A stretch of 64,000 nucleotides of DNA, from assembly GCA_963758495.1 (NCBI GenBank), contig CAVWVI010000004.1, positions 480,001 to 544,000 of the forward strand, in the 5' to 3' direction. The notes beneath the pieces are model-generated. The model had not been told where the DNA came from and did not search any database. It saw only the letters and a program-made list of their open reading frames with translations. The position numbers and the translations under genes are program-made. Source of the DNA: Oligoflexia bacterium (GTDB taxonomy: Bacteria; Bdellovibrionota; UBA1018). Below, piece after piece: positions 40,103 through 48,952 of this stretch (position 1 is the first letter of the stretch; the number at the start of each line of letters is the position of its first letter).

Positions 40103-41281
40103 TTATACAACGGCTTCGAAAGGGAAAAACTCAATCCCATTTTCTTGGTATGCTTCCGAAAATGGCCCTACTCCAACAAGCCGAATTGAAGTTGATGAAG
40201 GGACCTTTTCACGAAGTTTGTTCAAAATCAAAATATCCGTTTTTCGGACACGAGATTCGTCAAAGATTTTTATCGCGCAAATCTCGGAATCAGTATCAAT
40301 AATAAAGTCAATAGAGCTTCCTCTCTGAGTGGAATAACAATGCATTTTCCACTTCAACTGTCCCAGATTGGTTCTCTGACTCAGTTGCTCATTCAGGAAC
40401 CAAGTTTGAATCACTCGATTTTGGCTCGCGCCTAAAAATCTGGCTAATGCACAGTCATAAATAAAAAATAGACTTTTTCCAAATCCGAGGCGATGAGGGT
40501 CCACTTGATGAATCACAAAAAGTTCCCTCAGCACTTCAAGATGCCTTTTGATTCGACGACTGTCTATTCGAAGAGCTGAGGAAATTTCAGAAATATTAGA
40601 AACGTCCAACCGAGCCACCTGCTCCAATATCTCCCGACCCAGCTCAGGGTCAAACCATTTGGCAAATCGCGCGTCACGAAATAAAATCAGATCCAGTAGA
40701 TCTGACATGGCTTGTTCACGCTCTAGATTTGAACGGATGGAAAATAATCCTGGCAAGCCTCCCTTTTCCAAATAGAGATGAAGATCTTCCCGGCAAACTC
40801 GTGGCTTATTATTTAAAAGGTGAATGCCACGAGCTGGATTCAAGGAGAGAGAAAGGCTCTCTGCAATATTAAATGGAAAGATGCGAACACGAGACAATCT
40901 TCCCGTTAATGATTCGCGAATTCTTGTGAGCCTTGAAAACTCGGTGGACCCAAGTAAGATAAACTTCCCAGGGATTCGATTCTGATCAATATTTAACTTA
41001 AGTGCGTCAAAAAGATCAGGCGATTTTTGTACTTCGTCAATAATCAGGGGTATTGCCCCCGGATATCGCAAAAGAAAATCATCCGGTGAGTGTTGAGCAG
41101 CTAACCGCAAGGCTTTTTCATCTAAACTCAGATAATGGGCCTGATTCAAATTTTTAGGAAGAATCTCTCGACCTATAAAGCTCTTTCCTGTTTGCCTTGC
41201 GCCCTGGATGGCAACGGCAGGTGCGAAAGAAAGCTTTTTTAAAATCAGTTTTATAGCGTGGCGATTTCTGGCATGAGGCAT
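40103..41281 (-). CDS. AAA+ ATPase (AAA_14 + DUF4143 type), paralog of 17466-18644
   Basis: GARQTGKS, IIDEVQKSP and GSTEFS...RESLTGR motifs. Confidence 0.85.
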   Translation of the reverse strand: MPHARNRHAIKLILKKLSFAPAVAIQGARQTGKSFIGREILPKNLNQAHYLSLDEKALRLAAQHSPDDFLLRYPGAIPLIIDEVQKSPDLFDALKLNIDQNRIPGKFILLGSTEFSRLTRIRESLTGRLSRVRIFPFNIAESLSLSLNPARGIHLLNNKPRVCREDLHLYLEKGGLPGLFSIRSNLEREQAMSDLLDLILFRDARFAKWFDPELGREILEQVARLDVSNISEISSALRIDSRRIKRHLEVLRELFVIHQVDPHRLGFGKSLFFIYDCALARFLGASQNRVIQTWFLNEQLSQRTNLGQLKWKMHCYSTQRGSSIDFIIDTDSEICAIKIFDESRVRKTDILILNKLREKVPSSTSIRLVGVGPFSEAYQENGIEFFPFEAVV

Positions 41282-41288
41282 AGTCTAT

Positions 41289-41346
41289 GGGTTAAACTAT
41301 AGCATTTTCTGCTTTGATATGTCAATAAATGCTATAGCTTTAACCC
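41289..41346 (-). promoter_or_regulatory. sigma70 promoter overlapped by an inverted-repeat operator
   Basis: Minus strand TTGACA (41325-41320)-18 bp-TATAGT (41301-41296); inverted repeat gggttaaa-ctatagcattt / aaatgctatagctttaaccc with one indel. Confidence 0.65.
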
Positions 41347-41449
41347 TATCAGTTAGAATTGTCGTTTTCCCTTGCTTGGCGAATCCATCAAACAAATTGA
41401 GAATTCTCACTTTGATAGTTACACTCACTGATAGTGAGGATACATTCTT

Positions 41450-42946
41450 ATGTTGTTCGAATGCATGAGTCGATCAAACTGATGCAAGTGGCTCAATGGC
41501 TTAATTGTATTTTGTTTATCCATAATATCAGAACGTGATTTAATCGCCGCGCCTAAGTATGAAACCTTTCACTGCAAAGAAGGATGGAGTCTTTCAACAG
41601 AAGGGCCTCTTGGTAGACCGCTATTTACAACGAAAGGATCTGAATTAGATAAAAATATTGCAATGAGCACAATTAATCAGCTGTGTGCTCCGGGTAAAGA
41701 ATCAGAAACATGTTATTCGAATGCATCCCATCAGATTTTGCAAACTCATTTGTTTGTTTCGACAAGACGTCAACTAGAAGAAAAATTACATCGGGAGCTT
41801 TTACCAGCTGAACTCTCAGAACTTAAAGAGAGCCTGAGGCTCATGCCTCTTTATACTTGGCTTAAAGGTAATAGGGAACATAGGAGCAAACCGTATCCTG
41901 GAGTTAGTTTTGATCATCTACAAAATATCAGAAGAGAACTATCGTTAATGAAAGAATCGGGAATTCCAGGACTAGATTTCCCATCAGGAGTGATACTAGC
42001 TGCACATCTATTTGGATATGACCCCCTGGTTGCTAAGGGAGAAAATCCGTATAATGCCCCGCCTTTTCCAGCGTGTATAGATCGAGCACGTCCGTGGTTT
42101 GGTGAGCACGTTTTAGCGGCGAATCAGGAACACTCTTTTCGAGCAATGTATGATATTTTGGAGTCATATATAAAAGCCAAGCCAGAACTTCGAGCGGAGT
42201 TTCCAGATTATAACGTATATGCTTTTGAGGACAAGTCGCCGGACGGGAACAAGAGGCAATTTGATGAAATTGCCATAAAAGTTCGTAATATTCTTTCTCA
42301 CGACCCACACTATCCTTTGGCATTTGGAGCGGCAGGTCATTACGTTACTATCACTGGAATTCAGGAGTCGTGCTGTAAGCGACATGAAAGTAATGAGTTT
42401 AGTTGTGAAGACCTGTGGCAGGTAAAAAACAGCTATGGAGATGAAAACTCGGGATTATTCTCTTCGCGAGTTCTTGCAGAAAAATTTATGAATTTAGTCT
42501 TTATTAAGCCATGTGGCCAAAACGGCAAAGAAAAGTGCATGCCGGAGATTCAGGAGATATCCAAACCTTTAGAATATCTTTTGGAGATGGAGCACCCTCC
42601 AAGCCTAACAGAAGAAGACTTTGAAAGAATCGGACTTGCTCAATTGGAATCTCCGAATCAGCTCGGTAGTACGGCGATTGAAACTGCCATTGCAAAAGGT
42701 AATTTACAGTTTGCGCAAGTTGCTATCAGATATTTAATTAAGCATAATCTTTTTGAACATTTTATGCGCAGCAAAAGGAAAATTCCAGACTACAGTGTGC
42801 AAAAGGTAGATCTTGCTGGAGAGCCGATCTATCAGTTTAAAGAGACTGAAGAGACTATGGGTAGGTTTATCGAGCGGTCTATTACTACCGAAGTCAACCC
42901 AGAATTAAACAAATTAGTTCGAGAAATTAACGGAAAAACCCCCTAG
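41450..42946 (+). CDS. papain-like (C1) cysteine protease with an ankyrin-like repeat; in-frame TGA at codon 11 (possible pseudogene)
   Basis: Q...TCYSNAS, GHYVTITG and VKNSYG; GSTAIETAIAKGN; ATG 41450 with a GAGGA RBS is in frame with the 41663 ORF apart from TGA at 41480. Confidence 0.6.
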
Positions 42947-43041
42947 TAACCAATAAATCAACAAGCCAACTATTTAGTTTCAGCTAGGTGTGTAAAGTTT
43001 TCCATAGGTTTAGCCTGTGGGCTTCAATTACGACGTTTGCA

Positions 43042-43903
43042 TCAAGCAGAAGCAACTTCGATTTCATTTTCATCGGCTCCCTCTGGGAAGCCGTTATTCT
43101 CGAAGAATTCGGGCAAGTCTACCAGCGGTATTTTTAACATGGTGGAAACCTTGGTACGAGAGATTTTACTCTGAGCACACGCTTGAAAAGCTAGTCTAAT
43201 AAACCGATCAGGGAACTCCGGCGGAGTATTCCACTGATCATGCATATTTTCACGATACTCTCGTTGAAACTCTTCATTTGCGAGAAGTTTCTTAACAGCA
43301 CTTTGAGTTAATAGTCCTATGTAAGCGAGTCGATACAGGAGTGCCGGTATTGAAACATCAAACTGCCTTGCAAGTGCGACAAGTGAAGCGGTAGAAATCT
43401 TCCCGGAGTGAGTATATTTTCCAAATTCTCGTCTGAGATGTTCAGCTGGCATGAGGAGTCCCGCAGCAAAAGCTTCAGCATATTTCTCAAGATTTTCACG
43501 AAAGTCTTGAGATTTCGAAATCTGTTCAAATACCTTGGAAGTCCAGGTAAGGAGATGAAATAGTTCATGCGCAAGACTATAGTTTCTTCTCCAGGGTGGT
43601 TCCGATTGATTTAAGAGTACGGCTGCTTCATTTCCAACACGATAAGAGGCAGCAGATCCATTATTCTCAAGGTCAGTGTAGAAAATTCTGACATCGAACT
43701 GATCTTCTAAAATTTTTGCAAGTGCTGTGGCAGGTTCATTTCCAAGGCCGAGTCGAGTTCGGGTAGTTTCAGCTAAATCATAGGCTTCTTTATAATCAAA
43801 AGTATCAGGGTCGATTTCAAAGATTTCCAGAGTATAAGCTGGTGACTGTTTTACGCTAAGGGCCCGCTCGAGAAGGTCGTATGATTTAATGTTTTGAAGG
43901 AAG
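43042..43903 (-). pseudogene. 5'-truncated ImmA/IrrE metallopeptidase (XRE-ImmA type)
   Basis: Frame is open well upstream of 43452 with no start codon: RTRLGLGNEP...RRNYSLAHELFHLL...AEAFAAGLLMP; HTH and start are missing. Confidence 0.8.
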
Positions 43904-44112
43904 CCCAGATGAATGGATTTGGGCTAGAGCAGGTATTAGATTTTTCGCGGCATGCATCCGTATCTACTCTAATGGTGTATAGAGATTGTGACGAATGTGT
44001 GCAAGGTCAAATCGCTGAGTTGATTTCCGCCAAAATTGAAAGAACAAAATCAAACAAACTCAGTGCATTATTTATTTTAGAAACCCATTCACTGCAAGGA
44101 TTTGGGACATAG
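43894..44112 (+). pseudogene. C-terminal remnant of a tyrosine recombinase
   Basis: LEQVLDFSRHASVSTLMVYRD...QGQIAELI resembles the H...Y catalytic end of tyrosine integrases. Confidence 0.65.
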
Positions 44113-44177
44113 GTCCTCAGCACTTGTAATGAATGGGCAAACTACGATCTTTAATATTATTAGCTTTAGCGCCCAAA

Positions 44178-44678
44178 TTACTGTGCTCTGAGCAACCTAA
44201 GTACAGCTTCAGCAAAAGTATTGCCAGCAGCTAATTGATGCGAAGTACCATAGGATGGCGGAACATAAGAAGGGAGATCAAGAATTACAACTTTGCCATT
44301 CTGATTCTCAAAGAATAGGCTCTTTCCCGGCTGTTTTAGCAATAAACCCAAGGACTCAACTTCGCTTTTTTCCAAACCAAATGTTCCTTCGAAGTTATCC
44401 AAACAATTAGTAAGATTCGCAATTCCAGTTCGATCAGCCAGTTTGCATAGATCTTCGCTCAGGAGTGAACTCAGTGATTCCTGTACGCCAAAAGTTGAGC
44501 TACCATCTCGCGCTGACACATATAGGCTCGTTTCCCAATGGCTTATCTCAATATGTGAAAAACCTGGCGCTGCTATGTATTTATCTACCAAGGTTGAGTC
44601 AGCAAAAGCTGAACATGTTATAAGACTAAGTGCAATTACTACAGACGATAAGCCAAACTTCATTTTTTGTTTCCCCAA
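44178..44678 (-). CDS. secreted hypothetical protein
   Basis: Signal peptide MKFGLSSVVIALSLITCSAFA. Confidence 0.65.
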   Translation of the reverse strand: MGKQKMKFGLSSVVIALSLITCSAFADSTLVDKYIAAPGFSHIEISHWETSLYVSARDGSSTFGVQESLSSLLSEDLCKLADRTGIANLTNCLDNFEGTFGLEKSEVESLGLLLKQPGKSLFFENQNGKVVILDLPSYVPPSYGTSHQLAAGNTFAEAVLRLLRAQ

Positions 44679-45415
44679 GTTAAATTTGTTATAAATGTGT
44701 CGTGGATCGGCACACCCAGTTCCCTACTCAATACTCGATGACGAGGTATTGTCAAAATAAAATACCATGACGCAACGAACTACTGTCGAATGTTAGAATA
44801 TTAGCCCACATTCCAAAAGAGGATACGCTTGCGCGTGCTACTTACTCTGCAAATCGCTTTCAAAAAAGTAAGAAATATTTTTTAAACTATATAAGTGTTA
44901 TACGTATTTTAGAAAATATTATCAATTTCAATATAATATATTTACATAATAAATAACTATTATGCAGAACTTAAGTTTAAATTATAGTAAACCACTTTCC
45001 TTGGACTGAATCCGAACTTTCAATCTGGCTAACATCAAACGCGTGAACATTACTGATAAATCAGGATCATTGAAGTCCTTTTTTAGTTGATTCTTTTCTG
45101 AGTCCGAAAGGGACAGGAAGTAAGCTCGTATTCTTGATATCCTGAAGAAAGCATGCTCCCACTGACTGGTGGGGGTCTATCAAATCTTGCTCCTCACAAC
45201 TTTTTTCCTCTTCCACTTCACTTCTCGATCGCTTGCGATCAACCGTATTGAAGGTATTAGGTATTGAGTATTGGATGGCGCTCCCTAATGCTAGGCTTTT
45301 TCGCGGGACCGTAATATCTATGGAGTCGTTCAAGACTGTTTTGAGCTCGTGTCGCCTAGAGATAGCCCAAACAATCACCGGTCCCAACGGTCAATGTGCA
45401 ATATTTAATATATCC

Positions 45416-45445
45416 TTGACATGTAACCTTTAGGTTACCTATAAT
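45416..45445 (+). promoter_or_regulatory. consensus sigma70 promoter with a palindromic operator in the spacer
   Basis: TTGACA (45416)-18 bp-TATAAT (45440); GTAACC-ttta-GGTTAC at 45423-45438. Confidence 0.85.
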
Positions 45446-45451
45446 AACTAG

Positions 45452-45775
45452 GTGGACACCGATCTGGTTTTCAAAGCGCTAGCGGATAAAGGCCGACGCA
45501 CCTTACTGGACTCCCTGTGCGAGCAAAACGGCCAAAACCTGAACTCGCTCTGTGAGAACCTGTTCATGAGCCGGCAGGCTGTGATGAAGCATCTCAGGAT
45601 TCTCGAAAAAGCGAACCTGATTGCTGTTCATCGCGAGGGGCGCGAGAAATTGCATTTTCTCAACCCCGTGCCGCTCCAGGAAACATTCGGACGCTGGGTC
45701 GCCAAATACGAATGCAGACGGCTTACGGCGCTCGATCATTTAAAGACCTCTTTAGAGAAAGGAAAGTCAAAATGA
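45452..45775 (+). CDS. ArsR/SmtB family transcriptional regulator
   Basis: VFKALADKGRR, MSRQAVMKHLRILE and REGREKLHFLNP motifs. Confidence 0.92.
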   Translation: MDTDLVFKALADKGRRTLLDSLCEQNGQNLNSLCENLFMSRQAVMKHLRILEKANLIAVHREGREKLHFLNPVPLQETFGRWVAKYECRRLTALDHLKTSLEKGKSK

Positions 45776-46233
45776 GTAAACCCCAATTCGTTTATACGAC
45801 CTATATCCAAACCACGCCTGAAAAACTCTGGGAGGCGCTTACCAACGGTGAGTTCACGCGCCAATACTGGGGTGGTTACCGCATCGAGAGCGATTGGAAA
45901 CTGGGATCATCGATTCAGTTTTACGGCCCAGATGGAGACTTAAGGCATTCGGATCACGTGATTAAAGCCGAAAAACCAAAGTTTTTGTCCTATACTTGGA
46001 AGCCCTTGCAAGAGGGTATGCCGGATGAGCCCGCATCAACCGTAAGCTTCGAGATAGAAAATATGGGTGCTTATGTGAAATTAACGATCACCCATTTTAA
46101 CTTCCCAGAAAATTCAAAGATGTTCCCAATGATCAGCGGAGGTTGGCCGCTTGTACTCAGCAGTCTCAAGAGCTTCTTGGAAAATAATAAGCCAATGAAT
46201 TGGAAAAAATGCACTGGAGGTAACGAAAAATGA
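45772..46233 (+). CDS. SRPBCC/AHSA1 domain protein
   Basis: YIQTTPEKLWEALT and GWPLVLSSLKSFLE; ATGA overlap with the ArsR gene. Confidence 0.9.
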   Translation: MSKPQFVYTTYIQTTPEKLWEALTNGEFTRQYWGGYRIESDWKLGSSIQFYGPDGDLRHSDHVIKAEKPKFLSYTWKPLQEGMPDEPASTVSFEIENMGAYVKLTITHFNFPENSKMFPMISGGWPLVLSSLKSFLENNKPMNWKKCTGGNEK

Positions 46234-46682
46234 GTTCTTTTAAAATTCTTCATGAAGTTGGAATCAAAGCATCGCCGAATTTCATCACCGAGGCACTCAC
46301 GGATACGAAAAAGCTTGCAGCGTGGTGGACATCTGACACTCGTGGAAGCGGCTCACAAGTTGGAGATGTTCTTGAGTTTTGGTTTGGCGATTTCTGTCAA
46401 AAGTTCGAGATCATTGACCTACAGCCCGGAAAGCTCGTGAAATGGAAAGCGACTCAAAAAGAGAGCATGGATGAATGGGCGGGAACAGAAATCACATTTA
46501 AACTGAGCCCAGAGAAAGACCAATGCTGGCTTAATTTCAGTCATTCGGGCTGGAAGAGCGACGAGGGAATGCTTCCTCACTGCTCAACCAAATGGGCTGT
46601 GTTTATGCTGAGCCTGAAAGATCTTCTGGAAAAAGGAAAGGGACATCCGGCGCCGAATGACATCGAAATCAACCACGACTGA
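46230..46682 (+). CDS. SRPBCC/AHSA1 domain protein
   Basis: HEVGIKASP...LAAWW, EWAGTEITF and CSTKWAVFMLSLK motifs. Confidence 0.9.
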   Translation: MSSFKILHEVGIKASPNFITEALTDTKKLAAWWTSDTRGSGSQVGDVLEFWFGDFCQKFEIIDLQPGKLVKWKATQKESMDEWAGTEITFKLSPEKDQCWLNFSHSGWKSDEGMLPHCSTKWAVFMLSLKDLLEKGKGHPAPNDIEINHD

Positions 46683-46889
46683 TCTTGAGAGAACGCGCAA
46701 CAATCCTATATTCTAATAACGTGAATTCGGGATCAGAATCGGAGGCGGTTTCAGTTCGAGTTTCGGTTCCTGTACGGTACAGTTTAGATGTTTTCTTACC
46801 AATACTGAGCCGAAACTGGACCGAAACAGCAACCAAAACTGAAACTGAAACTATCTCTTAACCCGAACTCCATATATGAGGTTAATAAC

Positions 46890-47255
46890 ATGAGCAGTCA
46901 TAAAAAAGCAGGGATTCGTATGAGCTCTATTTTACTTGCCAAGTGTCCGTCCTGTCATACAGGAAAAGTTCTGGAAGGATTTTCCATTCGCGCTAGATGC
47001 CCACATTGTAATTATGATTTCTATCCGGAGCCTGGATTCTATGTCGGAGCTATCGCTGTTGGCTTTCTCATCTCAGCTATGACTACCATTCCACCTTTGA
47101 TTGTTTTGAAGATCCTCAATGTAGACATCAACCTATTGATCGCATTTCCATTCGCTGAATTTATTTTTATTGGGACCTTCTTAATGATTTACTGCCGAAT
47201 TATCTGGCTTCACCTCCAATATCGTATGACGGATCATCTAAACGGCAGAGACTAA
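46890..47255 (+). CDS. DUF983 family membrane protein
   Basis: CPSC...CPHC, EPGFYVGA and two TM helices. Confidence 0.75.
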   Translation: MSSHKKAGIRMSSILLAKCPSCHTGKVLEGFSIRARCPHCNYDFYPEPGFYVGAIAVGFLISAMTTIPPLIVLKILNVDINLLIAFPFAEFIFIGTFLMIYCRIIWLHLQYRMTDHLNGRD

Positions 47256-47278
47256 ATGAACGCGCCCGTTTTATAGCT

Positions 47279-47487
47279 CTACACCGCAATCGGCGCAACA
47301 ATATGCGGATGAGGATCATATCCCACGATCTCGAAATCATCGAACCTGTAATCGAAGATTGAATCCGGTTTTCGTTTGATCACCAACTTTGGAAGGGATC
47401 GAAACTCACGAGTTAGTTGAAGCTTGGCCTGAACCAATGGTTAAAATAACATCCCCAGGTTCATATCCACACTGTTGTGGCCACCAT
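47279..47487 (-). pseudogene. thyA: degenerate second copy of the thyA 3' end
   Basis: Translates as [17 protein letters not shown] // [50 protein letters not shown]; 45/50 aa identical to the main thyA C-terminus. Confidence 0.9.
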
Positions 47488-47489
47488 AT

Positions 47490-47555
47490 AAATTCCAAAT
47501 GAAAAACTCGCTTTTTATTATCAAACATGACTTTTTTGAACTTTGTGTGCTTCAT
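47490..47555 (-). pseudogene. truncated partner (antitoxin-like) gene downstream of DUF4160
   Basis: ATG overlaps the DUF4160 stop (ATGA); MKHTKFKKVMFDNKKRVFHLEF then runs into thyA-derived sequence. Confidence 0.5.
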
Positions 47556-47743
47556 TTGAGTCCCTCCTTCATCAGCTCTTTGAGAATCTTCCGAATACGA
47601 CGGTCGATCTTCCCTTCCATGAGCGTCAAGTGCTCATCGAGTTCAACCTTCGCGAGTAATTTACGATCCTTCAACACATGAACATGCCTAGGCGAATGAT
47701 CGCCAACCCAGAACTCGAATAGATATCCACCACGTTCGTACAT
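47552..47743 (-). CDS. DUF4160 family protein (putative TA component)
   Basis: GGYLFEFWVGDHSPRHVHV motif. Confidence 0.75.
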   Translation of the reverse strand: MYERGGYLFEFWVGDHSPRHVHVLKDRKLLAKVELDEHLTLMEGKIDRRIRKILKELMKEGLK

Positions 47744-47781
47744 TAGTCAGTAATGCTAAAGTATCCCTTAGTCATATTCGA

Positions 47782-48267
47782 TTACTTAAAAACGCTCTCA
47801 TCAGCCTCAAGGTGATAACCAGGTTGCATTTTTAGAAGCTCCAGTCGATTAGGTTTGACAGAAAAAATCAAGACATCTCGAACCATAAGCTGCCCGTCAT
47901 CAAAAGGCATAATCGCAACTTCTAAATTCCCATCCTGATTAATATCCGAAAAAAACTTTCCAGATTTAATTTTTAAAAAATAGGCGTAGTCCCATAAATT
48001 ATCATACTTCTGCTCGTACTCCTCGGACCAAATTACTTTATTAATCAGTCTACCTTTACTATTCTTAATCTTTTTTCCTAAGATCAGTTTGGTCTTATGC
48101 TCATCTACTTTTTTTAACCAAATCCATCTATTATGGGGAAGCTTTAAAAAGTCTCGCCATAATGGCAGGCCAATAGTTTCATAGTAAGTTAAAGATGCAA
48201 TGCTCTGGTGACAAAACAAAACTACTAATGCAAGAAAGCAGCTACTTCTTTTTAAGAGATTTTTCAT
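47782..48267 (-). CDS. secreted hypothetical protein
   Basis: Signal peptide; DINQDGNLEVAI (FG-GAP/EF-like loop). Confidence 0.65.
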   Translation of the reverse strand: MKNLLKRSSCFLALVVLFCHQSIASLTYYETIGLPLWRDFLKLPHNRWIWLKKVDEHKTKLILGKKIKNSKGRLINKVIWSEEYEQKYDNLWDYAYFLKIKSGKFFSDINQDGNLEVAIMPFDDGQLMVRDVLIFSVKPNRLELLKMQPGYHLEADESVFK

Positions 48268-48925
48268 ATTTAGAAAACACTTCTTTAGCGTATGCGTCGC
48301 CTTCTTTTTTCCAAGATTTATAATTTTTTATTGTATTGTACAGGCTCTTTTCAGCTTCTTTTGGAATTTTAGAGTATTTATGCCCAAGTAATCTTATCCC
48401 TAATGCAATATTTACCACCGGATCAAGTTTATCGTCTTTCTTTACATGAATAAGTGCCTTGCGTGCTTCGATATAATCATCTTTATTTGCTCCCCCTCCC
48501 AAAATTCTCATCATTTGATCTGTAACCTGCATCAAGCCAGAAGCTGTACTACCTTTAGCTTTTGCATTGGGATTAAAAGTTGATTCAACTGCAATCAAAG
48601 CCTTAATCAAAAGAGGGTCTAATTTCTCAGGAAAGGCAATCCCCTCAAACTTCCAGTATTCAAGCCAAAATTGAATAAGCTCATCATACTCTGCACCCTG
48701 GTTTCCATAACCATCAATGGGATTCAAAGCAGGGTATTTCTTCTTCGAGTTCCAGAAAAGATAATGAATATTATCTTTAAGAAGTCCTGGACTAATTCGA
48801 CCTCGGTTCTTTCGAACATGCGCATGAACCCAAGCCGCAATGCCAGACTGACAAACTCGCTTGAATCCATGAACCACATGCGACCCTGGAGGACACACGA
48901 GTGTTGCATCTGGTTTTTTTAACAT
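48242..48925 (-). CDS. lytic transglycosylase SLT-domain protein
   Basis: LIKALIAVESTFNP, ASGLMQV and DPVVNIALG; no signal peptide. Confidence 0.85.
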   Translation of the reverse strand: MLKKPDATLVCPPGSHVVHGFKRVCQSGIAAWVHAHVRKNRGRISPGLLKDNIHYLFWNSKKKYPALNPIDGYGNQGAEYDELIQFWLEYWKFEGIAFPEKLDPLLIKALIAVESTFNPNAKAKGSTASGLMQVTDQMMRILGGGANKDDYIEARKALIHVKKDDKLDPVVNIALGIRLLGHKYSKIPKEAEKSLYNTIKNYKSWKKEGDAYAKEVFSKYEKSLKKK

Positions 48926-48952
48926 GATTTTTATTCCTTTTTTATATCCATT

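Noticed and set aside
41480..41482. TGA recoding (genetic code 4/25 or selenocysteine)
   Set aside because: TGA is the normal stop of many intact genes here, and the codon lies in a signal-peptide-like region rather than a catalytic site
45067..45433. Overlapping ORFs 45067-45387 (-) and 45233-45433 (+)
   Set aside because: TTG starts, no recognisable motifs; possibly decayed island DNA but unsupported
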